NCBI GenBank assembly: GCA_946965045.2
Contig: OX337242.1
Span: 2,604,001-2,668,000 of the forward strand
From: Epithemia pelagica
Lineage: Eukaryota; Protista; Bacillariophyta
DNA length: 64,000 bases
Direction of reading: 5' to 3'
A program made the translations under genes and the position numbers. Below, one piece after another: positions 11,543 through 24,456 of the stretch (position 1 is its first letter; each line of letters begins with the position of its first letter). A model generated the notes under the pieces. That model was not told the DNA's origin. It did not search any database and was given only the letters and a program-made list of their open reading frames with translations.

Positions 11543-14500
11543 CTAACTTGAGTTTTCCGTGGTGGTAAATGTTATTTCCCGGGATGCGAGGTCAACTTCG
11601 TCCGGTCCATGCCACACGTGTTCATTGCCGTCGGTCCTCATTTCAACGTCGTGCGCGTATATGTCATTCCTTTCTTCCTCCCCTCCAGCCCATTCGCAAT
11701 CGTTTGGGGTGTCTCCCTCCGATACTACCACTGTGGGACTCCTGGCGACGTTGGTGCTATCCGCGCCGCCATTAGCGCTGCTTGGTACATGAATCTGATC
11801 CTCCAATGGCTCGGATGATTCCTCCTGGATGGTTTCCGTCACAATGCTACTTTTGACAGTATTTATCGATGACGTTGGCATGGAAGAGGAGGAGAGACGT
11901 GCTGCCATGCCAGTACCGTTGACTTGTTCGTCCGGTGGAGTCCCGGTATCACCACCATCCCCATGAGACTCTGCATCACGACCACCCCCGTCTCCGGCAT
12001 TGCCTCATATTTGAGTTGAACTTGCCGTAGACTCGCGGTTCTTCAGAATAGACGAAAAGGACTGGTTGTCAAAGCCTCCACCTCCCGAGGTCATTGTAAG
12101 GGAAGAAATTTCCCGATCGAGTGCCCGGCTTCCTGTATTGACCTTTCCATTCAATGGTTGACTTGAGGAACCCATAGATGGCTCGTCTCGGAGAGTTTCA
12201 GTCGTTGCAGAACGACCAATATCGAAAGTGGACATTGTCGTGGTCGAAGACGCCTCGACTGCTTTCTTCAAGTCGCCTTCCGACATGCTTCGACGTTTGC
12301 CCTCCAACGATGACGTTGCTATTGTGGTGGTAATTTCCATGGGCCGTGACGACGATCCATTGGAGGAAAACGGTTTGACCTAAAATCCTAAACTCCTTCC
12401 CCCCTCAAATAGGATTTTAGGACAAACCGTGTTGACCCCCATTTTAACCTAAACTTATTCGTAGTCTGACCTTCGTAGGAGCTAGCACCTCTATGTAGGT
12501 TCCGAATGAAGTCAAGATTCCCACGAGAATTTGTCAATGCGATCTCATTTTTCCCGAACAATGCCAACGGAAGATCAAACCAAGCGAAGAAGATCAAGGA
12601 TATGATCGCGGCACAGGAATTGTCCACTGCGGCTGTATTGTAGTCCCAGCTGCAGAGACTTCCAGTGCTGCAATGCAGTGCATTGAAACAATGGGAGACA
12701 AGCTTGATGTCGTTCTCCAAACCATCCAGTTCTATAGAAAACATGCTAGAGTAGAACTAATGAAGATTCGGTCTGTTGCTAGTCATGTACTTCTTCCTTA
12801 TCATCATTTTCCTCTACTTCTTGTTCTTCATCAAATTGTTCATCATCAGAGCGGCTTGTTGCATCAGGTTTTCGCTCGACATGTCAGCTGAGCTACACCG
12901 CCAACCAAGCCGCAGTAGACCACGGATCCAAAACTTGTCGTCAACCCTGACATCACAAGGGCATTTACACTTGTTGCTGTAGTGGCAGTGGCAGAAGAAT
13001 TTGTTGTAGGAGATGAGAGCACAGAGGGATAATAGGGTGGCCGTAGCAAAGTATTATTGCTGTGTCGTTGTGTGGCGGAATTTGTGCTATTGGAAGTGAT
13101 CTGGGTCTGTACCCAGGCACGGTTGCCATTGAGATGGCTGTTGCAGAGCCCAGTGTAAGACACCACCACTGGTCTCGTGATAGTCTCTGTTGCCCACTTG
13201 CCTCCCACAAGAGCAGCCAGAAAACATAGCCACGAGCATACGGATGAATTTGTCATGGCGATAGTTTGCCAAGGCACCCAAGAAACAAGACCATGGTTTG
13301 GACCACGAGGATCGCCGACAAAACTCGAACAAAAGAAGCTCTGCGCAAGGATTGACTGAGCCATGTTGGCAAAGCTTGGAAGTACGCCGTAACCGCATTG
13401 TGGAAGTCTATGACACCACCGGCAGTCGACAGTGACGGCGCACTGAGCTTCATGGGTAGTCAAACGGAAGGTTGGCTTGGTTGGTTGTTGGTTCGAAGGA
13501 TGCTCTCCCTCTATGGTTGTTGTTGTTCCGACGAAAATTCAGTCCTTTGCGCAGCCAAGGCGACATCAGTATGGAATATACCAAACCAGTGCCACCAGTC
13601 CTGGAGAACAAAATTTCGTTTGTTCGGATCAATGAACTTTTCTTCTGTTAAAGTGGCAAGGATTCTGTGAACAACAAGCGAAACCAAGGTGGATTGGGTG
13701 AGTTTTGACGCGACAAGCAGAGAATCACAATCCACAAATGAACTGATTCACTTCCCAAAACATGCACTGCATGAATCACACCGACAACAGCAGCAACTGT
13801 AGAACCCGAAAGTGCTAAGCTGTCATATTGATGGATGACAGCGTGGCAAGAGGAAGATTCGGAAGTCGACATGGCGAAATTTGTGGGCCGTTGGATGGAG
13901 ATTTTGGTTCCAAATCGTTTAGGATTCGTTTAGGTCTTTCGACTGCTTCCAGAAGATGACCGATCGAAACTCCTAAACAAGAGGCCTTTCACGCCTAAAC
14001 TGGAGGCCAAATGCGTCTGAACGTCGTACGATTTGGAGCGATCTGATTGGCTAAGAATAGGATTTTTAGGATTTTAGGTCAAACCGTTTTCCTCCATTCA
14101 CATGTCCTTCACTACCCAAACTATGGTTGCTGCTATGACAACTGATATTGTGCTGCCGAACAAAGACCTCTAATCCGCGCGTGTGAACATTGCGGAATGG
14201 AGTATTGTTGGTGCTCACCGAAAGATTGTCATCGCCATCTTCGTCTTCGTCTTCCACAAGCTCCGGAGCAATGAGCTCAATAACGGCCGCTGCGAGGTAG
14301 AACCAATGGGCCACGACCAAGACCCCAGGAACAATGGCCAATGCCAATCCATGGTAGTTGTAAAAGTGATCCATGTACGAAAACACACTCCATTCAAAAT
14401 AGACCTCCAAGGAAATTTGAATCACAGCGTAAAGATTGGTGTTGGCGTAGGCCACCAAGGGGAACCAATGCTGCATAAGTGGAACTGTTGCCGTTGTCAA

Positions 14501-16507
14501 GATGTAACGATCGACACCAAAAACTCCACCAAGTTGCATCGCCACATACCATACCACGATTGTATGATGCATAATGGTGCCAAGTCCGTTTAAGATATCG
14601 GCGGTGCGAAGTAGCCGAGAAGCCTTGACATCAAAGAATCCATCATAGAAATACATGATAGTTTCTGGAAATCCAAATTTCCACAACCCAAAGACAACAA
14701 AGGTCAGGGCCAAGAAGTTTCGTTGCGATGCTAGACCGACGGCAGTAGTGACAACGAGAGGGAATAAAAGCTGTACATAGCGCAACCACAATTCTCGTTC
14801 CGGTGACCATGTGCGCAAATACAACAAGCATACAAACAATTCCGATCCCAATCCGGCGAGAACTCCAGTGACCCACAAAAACATGGAGTAGTACAGACGA
14901 AATCCTTGGTTCCCCAAATTCGAAATGGGAAAGGAATCAATATTCAAATTCCATGCTGTACGGTGACACTGTTCTCCACACCAATCGTACAGCCGTCGTT
15001 CCACATAGTCTCTGGAAGGACTGGAAAGCTCAACGACTTCTGTATTGATTACACCCAAGGTTTGCGCCTCGTCGAAACGATCGGCAAGGGGATATGGACC
15101 GTTGTCATTTTGCGCTATATAATCCTGAAGCTCATTCACATCCACAGAACTGGAAGAACTGGAAGTTCCAGAACTCCCGTCGGAAGCATCCATCTCTGGT
15201 ACCAGCATCCGATTCAAACTTGTGGCCAAAATATGATTTTGGAGCCACAACGGATAGTTGAATACTGCAGTCGATGGCACTGCTGTTGCGGAGGGACATG
15301 TCACGGAGGGAACCAATACTTGCGGTAGTTGGTACAAGGGTTCGGATCCAATGAGATGTGCCAATTGCCATGTGGTGTACGCATTGGTCCAGGACTGGGA
15401 ATTTCCTTGTTTCGAGGTTGCCGTGGCCAAGGCCAGACCGACTCGTCCATTCTCCGAAAAGCCATGAGTCACATCCCGTTCAAAGGAATGAAGCCCATTC
15501 AAGGTAAACAACGTGGCCATTGTGGTACTTGCATCGGATTCTGCTGCGGCATCCACGAGGCTTTGAAGCGTCAAACCGGCTCGATGATATGCCTCTACGG
15601 CATCTTCCCGTCCCTTGTTGCGATACTGCAGAACGGCTGGCCATTGATCTTGTTGCAAGATTCCCAAAACCTCTTGGAGCGCTTCACCGTCCAAACTCAG
15701 TCCACGAGACAACAAGGTATTCACAACAATGGCAACGTGCACAATCTATCGCACATAATTTGCCGCACTCTCTTGTTGGAACAAGTCCTTCCAATTGTGG
15801 GTAGCGTCTTGTAAGAAACAGGCCATTTCGGAGAGACCTACGACACTGCTCCAACAGGCTTACGTCGAGTCATAGACGTCTTGCAAGGGTTGCGGTTCGT
15901 GCAGAAATTCGGCCAAGTGTTGGCGAATGTGGACACTGTTCCGCAACCCCATGTGATGCAACACCAGATCCATGTCGGCCGGGTTGGAAGTTGGTACAAC
16001 TTGTTGCAGATTTGATAGAAAACTGGAAATGCAGGACGACGAAGGTGTGGTTGTTGTGTCATTACTTGTTTGGGCCAATGGTCGATCCAAGGGACTTGGA
16101 AGCGACCCACTGTTGCAGGCAAACAAAGTACCATCGATACTACTACACGTAGCATCCTTTGGTGGTTGCTGAGCAGTTTTGGTTGTGACGAGAAGGTCGT
16201 TTCCCTCAAACTGATAAAACCATTTTTGCGCCACTGGAATGATGCGAGATGCCACTTGTTGTGGATACTGCTGTTGCAAGAGTTGTTGGTTTTAAAAGGA
16301 ATCATCAAATCGTTTCCAGGTATTCCAACTGGGATTGTTCCGACCAATCATTTCAATCACCAGGGCCACACTGCCATAGGAAACGAGCAAGGTCATGGCA
16401 ATCAAGACAATCATCCCATAGAGAATCTTCTATTTGGCCTTTTCCAAAATATCACTAATGGTCAATTTGGCTTCCACGCCTTCAAAAATATCATGTGTGT
16501 GAACCAT
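11543..16507 (-). pseudogene. Multi-pass membrane protein gene with five in-frame stops, split by a TIR element
   Basis: One reading frame runs from ATG 16507 through stops at 16430, 16292, 15860 and 15746 into ORF 14066-15742 (many hydrophobic helices, HH motif). Removing 12362-14095 plus one ATT rejoins HVNG|SSSRPMEITT. There is a further stop at 12005, and the frame ends at 11543. Confidence 0.8.
12362..14095. mobile_element. Non-autonomous TIR element, 1734 bp, 3-bp TSD ATT (possibly PIF/Harbinger-related)
   Basis: Perfect 31-bp TIR GGAGGAAAACGGTTTGACCTAAAATCCTAAA (12362-12392 / 14065-14095). ATT sits at 12359-12361 and 14096-14098. No transposase is recognisable inside. Confidence 0.88.
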
Positions 16508-18642
16508 GATGACGACCTTGGACGACGCACAATAAGAAGCACTGGATGAGGATGAGTTGGATTCGGAGAGCCAAAGAGTCAGAGAACTGGCAGTAGAGAG
16601 ACAATAAAGAAAGGTGGAAATGTTCGTTTCGAGATGTACACTTCTTCTCTTGATTCTCCTGCGCGACCTTTTGCTTCAGATTCTCTGGAACAACCACAAC
16701 AAAGGTGTCAGCACATGTGTGTCTTTGGATATTTCTGTGGTTCTGGTGAATCTTTGTCTCGGGCAATCTCAACAGAACATGTGGTACGAGTATGCTTGAA
16801 TAGACCAATCGTCGAATGTGTTCGCCACTTCGTCGCGACACGAACGGGATGGGCACACGCGTGTCGTGATAGAGCGGTTTCGGCAGTGGTTATCTTCAGC
16901 GAATCTCCGCATTCAACGGACCTCGGACCAAACTCGTTGGTAGCGAGAAGAGACATCATCTCCTCCTTTCGGCATATCGTCCCTTTGAAAAATCGCCACC
17001 CTGAGTACCACCACCATCATGGATTCACTTCCTTCGGCTGCTCCTGTGGTGGCTCCATCTGCTGCTGTTGGTACTGCTGCTGCTGCTGCGACCGGGTTTG
17101 GACAGAATGACATGGTCGGGCAATTTCAAATGGCCGCTCCAACAATGTTGATTGCCATGATCCATGATTTTGCGAGCCGTCTTGGGAAAAAAATTGCATT
17201 TTTTCTCATTCGACAATTCCATTGCAACTTTGTGAGTTACTGCAAGTTTGTGCCCAGTCGGCTTGCAACTTGGCGTTTCAATGCATCGAAGTGGTCACCA
17301 GACGTGCCTTGGCGGCAACGACACAAGAAAAAAGAGGAGGAGCCAATCAATGTTTCCTCTTGGCTTCCATGAAAAAGCAAGGAGCCGAACAAGCCGACGA
17401 CAACAAAAAAAGGACGACGATGAGGATTCTCGTAATGCTATAGAAGAATGGAACGAGTTTGCTTCGCAAAAGCTGGAATCGCTGAGGACAATATTCCATC
17501 CGAGCAACGGTCCGTCCGTCACTCGAACGCCGCGTAATAGTCCGTCCGTCCAGCCAGCGATCCAACAAACTAACCAACATAGCTACCATCCCCTTACCAA
17601 CCTGCCAACCAGAAGGCCTCCGAGCTATGGTCATTTTAGACGGTTGCTCCCTCGAACGACGACTCAGCTAGATTAACCCTGGACCTGTCAACTCAGGCAA
17701 AATATGAATAGACTACATGTACACAAGAGCAATTCTCATAGAGGCATTTTGGAGAATGGCCAATTTTATGAAGATTCCAAGATCAATATAAAATGTCGGC
17801 TAACGTGTTTCAATGGCTACGACGTTTCGCAGGAGCAGTCACAAAACGCACTTCGAACACTATTGGTACACGTCACGGCTTGGTGGGTCAAACTACCAAT
17901 CCCAGCAAGGGTTCCATCGATGTCCACATCGTTATTGTCACATGCCCGGACCTGTTGCATGACAATATTCGAATTTCCATTGTCTACGGTAGTTCAACAC
18001 CAAACTCACCATTACGGAGAGCCTCGATACCAACGAAAAGTCCGTTGGAAATATTCTCCAATTCAAATCCCATAAAGCCATTATCATTTCCTTGTACGTT
18101 GGAGACAAATAGATTAGAAATACTAGCAGCAAACGACGCTTCAAAACCGTTGCCGAACCAATTGTCGTTGAACTTGGAATCCAAAACTGTGATATCTGAA
18201 AATGTTGACTGGGACTTGAACTTCAGACCATCCACTACGTTGTGAGTGGAGGTAATATTGTTGAGTACTACGTTGCTTGAAGAATCCAACAACAGCCCAG
18301 TGCCAAACCCAGTCACTTGACAGTTTTGCAAAATCAAATTGTCACCATTCAGGAGGATCCCTTGTCGTTTCGTAAAAGGTTCCGAGACGTTTGTACCGTT
18401 AATCGTGTGTCCCTTGCAGTCCAACGTTACGCGAGAGGCGGAAATAGAAATTGCTGCCTGGTTGCTGGGACTGCATGACATATCCCCGTCAAGGATGATG
18501 AACGAGTCATCAAAGCCATTGGCACTGCTCAGATCGATTGGGCAGTCACTGCTTGTAATGGTCGTCACTGTTGGGTCGGACTCACCCAATGGGTTTTCCA
18601 AGTCTCGTGTTTTCTGATGACCCTTGGAAACAGATGCAGAGA

Positions 18643-18879
18643 TGTCACAAAGTGGGGCGTACTGTTCATCAGTGGGGTTGACGGGCAGTCTTGTAGCGCG
18701 CGTGTCGGCATGGGAAAGTAGATAGATTCAAATTCCCACTGTCACCATAATTTCCAAATCTGTTGTTTTGATCTTCCTTTTCGTCGTTAGCCGCATCATC
18801 GAACCAAGTTGACCATATTGGAGCATCAACTCTCCGCTGCGTACGACTTTGAGCAACAGCAACATCGTCTGTTGCGACA
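18643..18879 (+). repeat. 5' LTR (237 bp)
   Basis: TGTCACAAAG...GTTGCGACA, repeated at 23807-24043. Confidence 0.97.
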
Positions 18880-18892
18880 GGTTATGAGCCCA
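18880..18892 (+). promoter_or_regulatory. Primer-binding site, half-tRNAiMet type
   Basis: GGTTATGAGCCCA directly follows the LTR. It is complementary to the tRNAiMet anticodon stem-loop (TGGGCTCATAACC), like the Drosophila copia PBS GGTTATGGGCCCA. Confidence 0.8.
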
Positions 18893-18994
18893 AGTAAAGG
18901 GTTGTAAGCTTGCTTTTGTTACCGAACGAGAGCTGGAGAAGAAGAAGACTTCGCGTACCATCGACGAAACGAAACGGACACGGCGCTGAACACC

Positions 18995-19448
18995 ATGGCA
19001 TCGGGAGGAGGAGCAACACCACCGACGCCTCGCGTACGTACTCCGGCACCACCTCCTCGGCCCAACCTTGGCGGATTGACTGGGATCCATCCATGGACTG
19101 GAGGCCGACCAACTGATGTGACGTTCCATCTGTGGGTCACCGGACCATTTGAAGAAGGATTGCCCCAAAGCCAACAACGACGATGGCAAAGGCAAGTCAA
19201 AAGCACCAAAAGCTCCTTGGAAATCCAAACCACCAGGTGATGGAGAGCCTGAAACGAAAAATGTGAACGGAACAACGTGGCATTGGTGTGCCATTTGTGG
19301 ATTCTGGCGACTATCGCACGGAACGGCGACGCATGATAACGATTATGCGAAGAAAGCGAATCAAACTGGCGGTACGAAACCGGCCGCATCGCTTGCATCT
19401 CTAAAATATTGTGGAGCTGCAACTATTCTAGACGAAGACGACGAATGA
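18995..19448 (+). pseudogene. Internally deleted gag remnant
   Basis: An N-terminal PNLGGL..WTGGRP segment is fused near 19120 to a frameshifted zinc knuckle (SICGSPDHLKKDC) and a WHWCAICGFWRLSH motif. The capsid region is absent. Confidence 0.65.
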
Positions 19449-19460
19449 CTCATCGGGCGG

Positions 19461-22400
19461 ATGCTCATCGCTATGTATTCTTATTTGGTGATGATGAATC
19501 CGTTGCCCATTCTCTTCGCTTTTATTCGCTTGTTCCTCTCTCTTTGGCGCACCGTCTTGCCACAACAAAAACCTCGCCGTTCAACCACTCGCAAAACTCG
19601 TCGCTGCTTTCGCTTCTCGCCGATCTTGGTATTGCCTGGTCTGTTCTGTTGCTATTCGGGTGTGATGATGAGCACACATTCCTTTGTTTTGGGAATTGAT
19701 GCACCGCTCACCAAGTTTCCATCGCTTGCCTTTGCAAGTCGCGTCTACCATCGACGCTTGTTTGGGCAACCCAATAGCAAAATCACCCTTGCTTACAAGT
19801 ATCATCGACGAACCTTCTACCTTCCACCACGATGGCGTAGACGACGGAGACGCAAGCGTCGTGACCTTGACGACGCAAGCCCAGCAGACGACGATCCTCC
19901 CCCTTCTCCGTTTCCAAAACCTCCTGATCCTGACCCGTTTGAGGAATTGTCTTTCTCCTTTCTGTTTCACACGGCCGTCCCTCATCAAGCACAGGCAAAC
20001 ACCGCCGAGCCGTCAACAGAGGGAGAACCGTTGGCTTGGAACTTTCTTTCGGAATCCTCCGCTTCAACTTTTTCGGTCACGATCGATTCTGGTGCAACGA
20101 TCACCATCACCCCATTTCGAGACGATTTTGTTGAATACTCTGCCAAAACTGGTTCAGTGCTGCAAGGATTGGCTAAAGGCCTCCCAATAGATGGAACCGG
20201 AATCGTCCGCTGGAGAATGCAACTTGACGACGGGAGCTACACCGAAATGGAAGCACCGGCTTACCATGTCTCCACCGCTCGTTGCCGATTATTTTCTCCG
20301 CAAAGCTACTTGCAACACAAAGAAGCCACGTCCGACGAGAACGTGCTTGAAAGTTTTGTGATCCGTGGTTCGACTCTCCGGTTCGAAACCGCAGACGGCA
20401 AAGTTGCAAGCATCTCATACCATCCAGAAAACAACCTTCCTACGTGCACTATGGCGAATGTTCAACCTTCTCCGTTGGTGAATCAAGCATGTGTCACCCA
20501 CACACAAAATCCAAACCTGACGACCGCACAAAAAGAACTTATGAAATGGCACTATCGGTTGTGCCATCATGGTTTGGCGGCTATTCAACGTCTCATGCAA
20601 TCTGGAGCCCTTGGTCCGTCCTCTCTCATCAAGGCTGCATCCAAGTGTGAATTGCCCAAGTGCGCCAGCTGTCAATTCGGCAAAGCAAAACGGCGTCCGA
20701 CTGATACCTCCACGAAAACAATTGTCCGCGAGAGGGAGTATGGCTTGAAGAAAGACCAGTTGTTCCCTGGTCAACGCGTTTCCATGGATCATTTTGTTGT
20801 CAAGCAAAAGGGCCGCCTCTATTCGTCTCGAGGCCAGTCTCACGAGGACAGCATGTACTCTGGTGGGTGTATCTTTGTCGACCACGCCACCGGGGACATC
20901 CATATTGAACACTTGGTCAATTTCACCGCCACCGAAACCATCGCCGCCAAACAGCGTTACGAAAAGCGCATGTTCGATTTCGGTTACCGTACAAGCGTAC
21001 CAGTCAGATAACGGAATCTTCGCGTCGAAAGCCTTTGTCAACGAAATTGAATCCGGCTTGCAGAACATAAAGTTCAGTGGTGTCGGTGCCCATCATCAAA
21101 ATGGGATTGCCGAACGAGGAATCGGAACCATCCTTTCAAAGGCACGCACTATTTTGCTTCATGCAGCCATTCGATGGCCAGACGCTGCCGATATCAGTCT
21201 GTGGCCGATGGCGGTCGATTACGTGGTATTCCAGCATAACCACATGCCGCGAACCAGCACCGGCATGATGTCTCCCATGGAAATGATTATGAAATCAAAA
21301 GTTGGCAGACAAGTTCTCGAGGACATGCATGTATGGGGATGCCCCTGTTACGTCTTGGATCCAACGCTCCAAGATGGACACAAGCTCCCAAAATGGAAGC
21401 CAAGGTCACATCGTGGAATCTTCCTTGGTTTTTCCAAACGACACTCGTCCAGGGTCCCACTAGTCCTCAACACGAAAACGGGACACATTTCACCGCAATT
21501 CCACGTCGTCTTTGACGACTGGTTTACGAGCGTAATTGGAGCCAGTCCTGATCGTCCGTTTGATCAAAGCGAGTGGACACAACTGTTTGCGGATTCCCGT
21601 TACCACTACGCCTTCGATGAGGATGATCCGGTTACCTTGGCAGATGAATGGGTAGACCAGCATGAAGACCATGTAGATCGGTCATCTCAAATCCGCAACA
21701 CTCAACAACGAGTCCGCTTTGCCGGTCAAAACGATCCTCCTGAACCAGATACAACGGCTCAACAGAGGGAGCAGGACCAGCCTGCAACAAACGATCCACC
21801 GTCCGAACCAAATCCGCCTCAACAACAAGAAGAACCACCATTACAACCTGTCGAAGAAGAAGAACCTCCAGCCGCTGAAGAACCTCTTCCTTCACAACAA
21901 CAACAACAACAGCCGCAACCAGAACCTGAGGAACCGTCACCGTCGCTCCGTCGTTCCGGACGAACAAGAAAAGCACCATTACGATGGGGATATGATGGCA
22001 CACAAGGTGCAGGCTATCGAGCCTTGGCGAGTTTCGCAGCTTTTGTGACCAACGCAATGACGGGCACAGCCTATCAGGCGTACCTTGACTCGGATACCGA
22101 CTCCGACACCTTTGGATTTCGCGATCCGATCGTGTTTCAAGCTTCAACCAAAAAGAACAATCCAGATCTGCCGTCCTACTACGAGGCAATGACTGGAAAT
22201 GACCGTGAGGGCTACGTAGCTGCCATGGGAAATGAAGTGAAAGAGCTGGAAGACAAGGGAACCTGGGTCATGACACTCCGATCCGAGATGGAAAAGCGTG
22301 GCGGCAAAGCCTTGCCTTCCACTTGGGCATTTCGGAGAAAGCGCTATCCAGACGGTTCAGTGCGAAAACTAAAAGCACGGCTGTGTGTTAGAGGTGACAA

Positions 22401-23757
22401 GCAAACCTACGGCTTGGATTACTTCGAAACCTATGCACCTGTTGTCCAATGGATAACAATTCGGCTTGTGTTGTTGATGGTTCTTGTGTACAACTGGGAA
22501 ACGGTGCAAACCGACTACACCAATGCATTTGCCCAAGCCTTCCTCACAGAGGATGTCTATATGGAGCTACCAAAGGATTTTGCACCAGACACTGAGGACG
22601 GAGAGGAGTATGTCTTGCATCTCAAGAAGAGTCTCTACGGCTTGAAGCAAGCACCCCTTTCGTGGTATGACCACCTTAAGGGTCATTTAGAACAACGTGG
22701 ATTCAAGCAGAGCGCATTTGATCCTTGTCTCTTCTACGAACCAACCAAACGAATCCTATGCCTCGTTTACATTGATGATGTAATTTGGGCTGGACCAGAC
22801 AAAGCACGCATTATGAAAGTGTTGGAATCATTGAAAGACGATTTAGAGATGACAGTTGAAGGTGACGTATCGGCGTACCTCGGAATTGACTTCGAACGTC
22901 TCAACAACGGGCAAATCAAGTTGAAGCAATACGGGCTTATCGATAAAGTATTGAACGCGACCGGGCTGCAAGATTGTAACCCAGACAAGACTCCAGCGAG
23001 TCAAAAGCCGCTTGGTAAAGACCAAGACGGAGAGGACTACGCAGAACAGTGGAGCTACGCGTCAGTGGTCGGTATGTTGCTGTATTTGGCGTCCAACTCA
23101 CGCCCAGAGATTGCCTACGCAGTGCACCAGTGTGCTAGATTCACACACAACCCCAAGGCATCACATGCCAAAGCAGTCAAACGCATCTGCCAATATTTGA
23201 AGGGAACAAGAGATCAAGGGATGATCCTAACTCCCTCAAAGGATTGCCTGTCAGTTGATTGTTATGTGGATGCTGATTTCGCGGGGCAGTGGAACAGTGA
23301 GGATCCACAGGATCCGCTTTGCGTGAAGTCAAGGACCGGCTATGTTTTGATGGTTGGTGATTGTCCAGTCCATTGGGTGTCTAAATTGCAGACAGAAATT
23401 GCCGTATCTACCATGGAGGCCGAGTACATCGCCCTCAGCCTTGCCATGAGAGACCTCATTCCACTACGGGGTTTAGTGGATGAAATCAAAACCATGTTCA
23501 ACATTGATGAGCTCCCTTGCAGAGCATACTCAAAAGTATTTGAGGACAACAACGGAACCATCTTGTTGGCCACATCACCACGAATGACTCCTCGCTCCAA
23601 ACATATCGCAGTCAAGTACCATTTCTTCAAAGAGCATGTGTACAATGGCAACATCCGCTTGGTCAAAGTCGCATCGGACGAACAAGTGGCGGATTGTTTG
23701 ACAAAAGGACTGGATAAGACTCTATTTCAACGAGCGAGAAAGATGTTGGCCGGATAG
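19461..23757 (+). pseudogene. Copia pol (protease, integrase, RT, RNase H) with one frameshift
   Basis: Motifs IDSGAT, WHYRLCH..CASC, SMDHF, QSDNG, NGIAER, KARLCVRGD, YIDDV and YVDADFAG. A frameshift near 20984 (FG|VTVQAYQSDNG) splits ORFs 19461-21011 and 20794-23757. Confidence 0.95.
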
Positions 23758-23806
23758 TAATCATGCTAAACTATAAGCTTACGCGGCTACTACGTCTGAG
23801 AGGGAG

Positions 23807-24043
23807 TGTCACAAAGTGGGGCGTACTGTTCATCAGTGGGGTTGACGGGCAGTCTTGTAGCGCGCGTGTCGGCATGGGAAAGTAGATAGATTCAAATTCC
23901 CACTGTCACCATAATTTCCAAATCTGTTGTTTTGATCTTCCTTTTCGTCGTTAGCCGCATCATCGAACCAAGTTGACCATATTGGAGCATCAACTCTCCG
24001 CTGCGTACGACTTTGAGCAACAGCAACATCGTCTGTTGCGACA
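23807..24043 (+). repeat. 3' LTR (237 bp)
   Basis: Direct repeat of 18643-18879, preceded by the PPT. Confidence 0.97.
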
Positions 24044-24456
24044 AGAGACAGCTAACAAAGCGAAAGAAAGAGAGATCATCTTGAACAACATGTTGGACTT
24101 TCGGGCTTCGTTAAAACAAGGGGATTGTGACCTTTTTTTGTGAGAAAAAGGACATCAGACCACAGAGATAGGGATGTTGAATGCGTAGCAAAGATGCGAT
24201 TTGTTTCGTGAAATTGACGTGACGAAAATGCGACCGATGCAGATGCGATGTCGGCGCGGTTCATCGCCTGCATAGACATACAATACTTCGCGGATCGCAC
24301 TCGCTCGCGAAATGTGTCGCAACAAATAATTGTTCAAAACAAAAACACGTCTAGAATTGTCACGGGTGCGAGAATCAATGAGCCAAACACTTCCCCTTTC
24401 TCATAAAATCAATAACCGATCGAATTCCAAAGCAGCAAAGCAAGCATCAAAGCAAC

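Larger units (their letters stand above)
18643..24043 (+). mobile_element. Ty1/copia LTR retrotransposon with intact boundaries and internal defects
   Basis: 237-bp TG..CA LTRs (18643-18879, 23807-24043), identical by eye. TSD AGAGA (18638-18642 / 24044-24048). PBS at 18880, PPT GAGAGGGAG at 23798-23806. Domain order is PR-IN-RT-RH. Confidence 0.97.
17817..24091 (-). pseudogene. Secreted right-handed beta-helix (pectin-lyase-like) protein gene interrupted by a copia insertion
   Basis: ATG 24091 gives MLFKMISLSFALLAVS, continuing in frame past the TSD as ASVSKGHQKTRDLENPLG into ORF 17984-18601. A 1-nt frameshift near 17995 hides a tail ..VRACDNNDVDI..VTCT..CDCSC, with a stop at 17817. It is a paralog of 24457-25363. 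Confidence 0.82.

Noticed and set aside
12864-13872. Transposase inside the TIR element
   Set aside because: Only short broken ORFs are present, with no DDE motif.
16614-17676. Small genes such as 17019-17372
   Set aside because: Low-complexity translations without domain or splice support.
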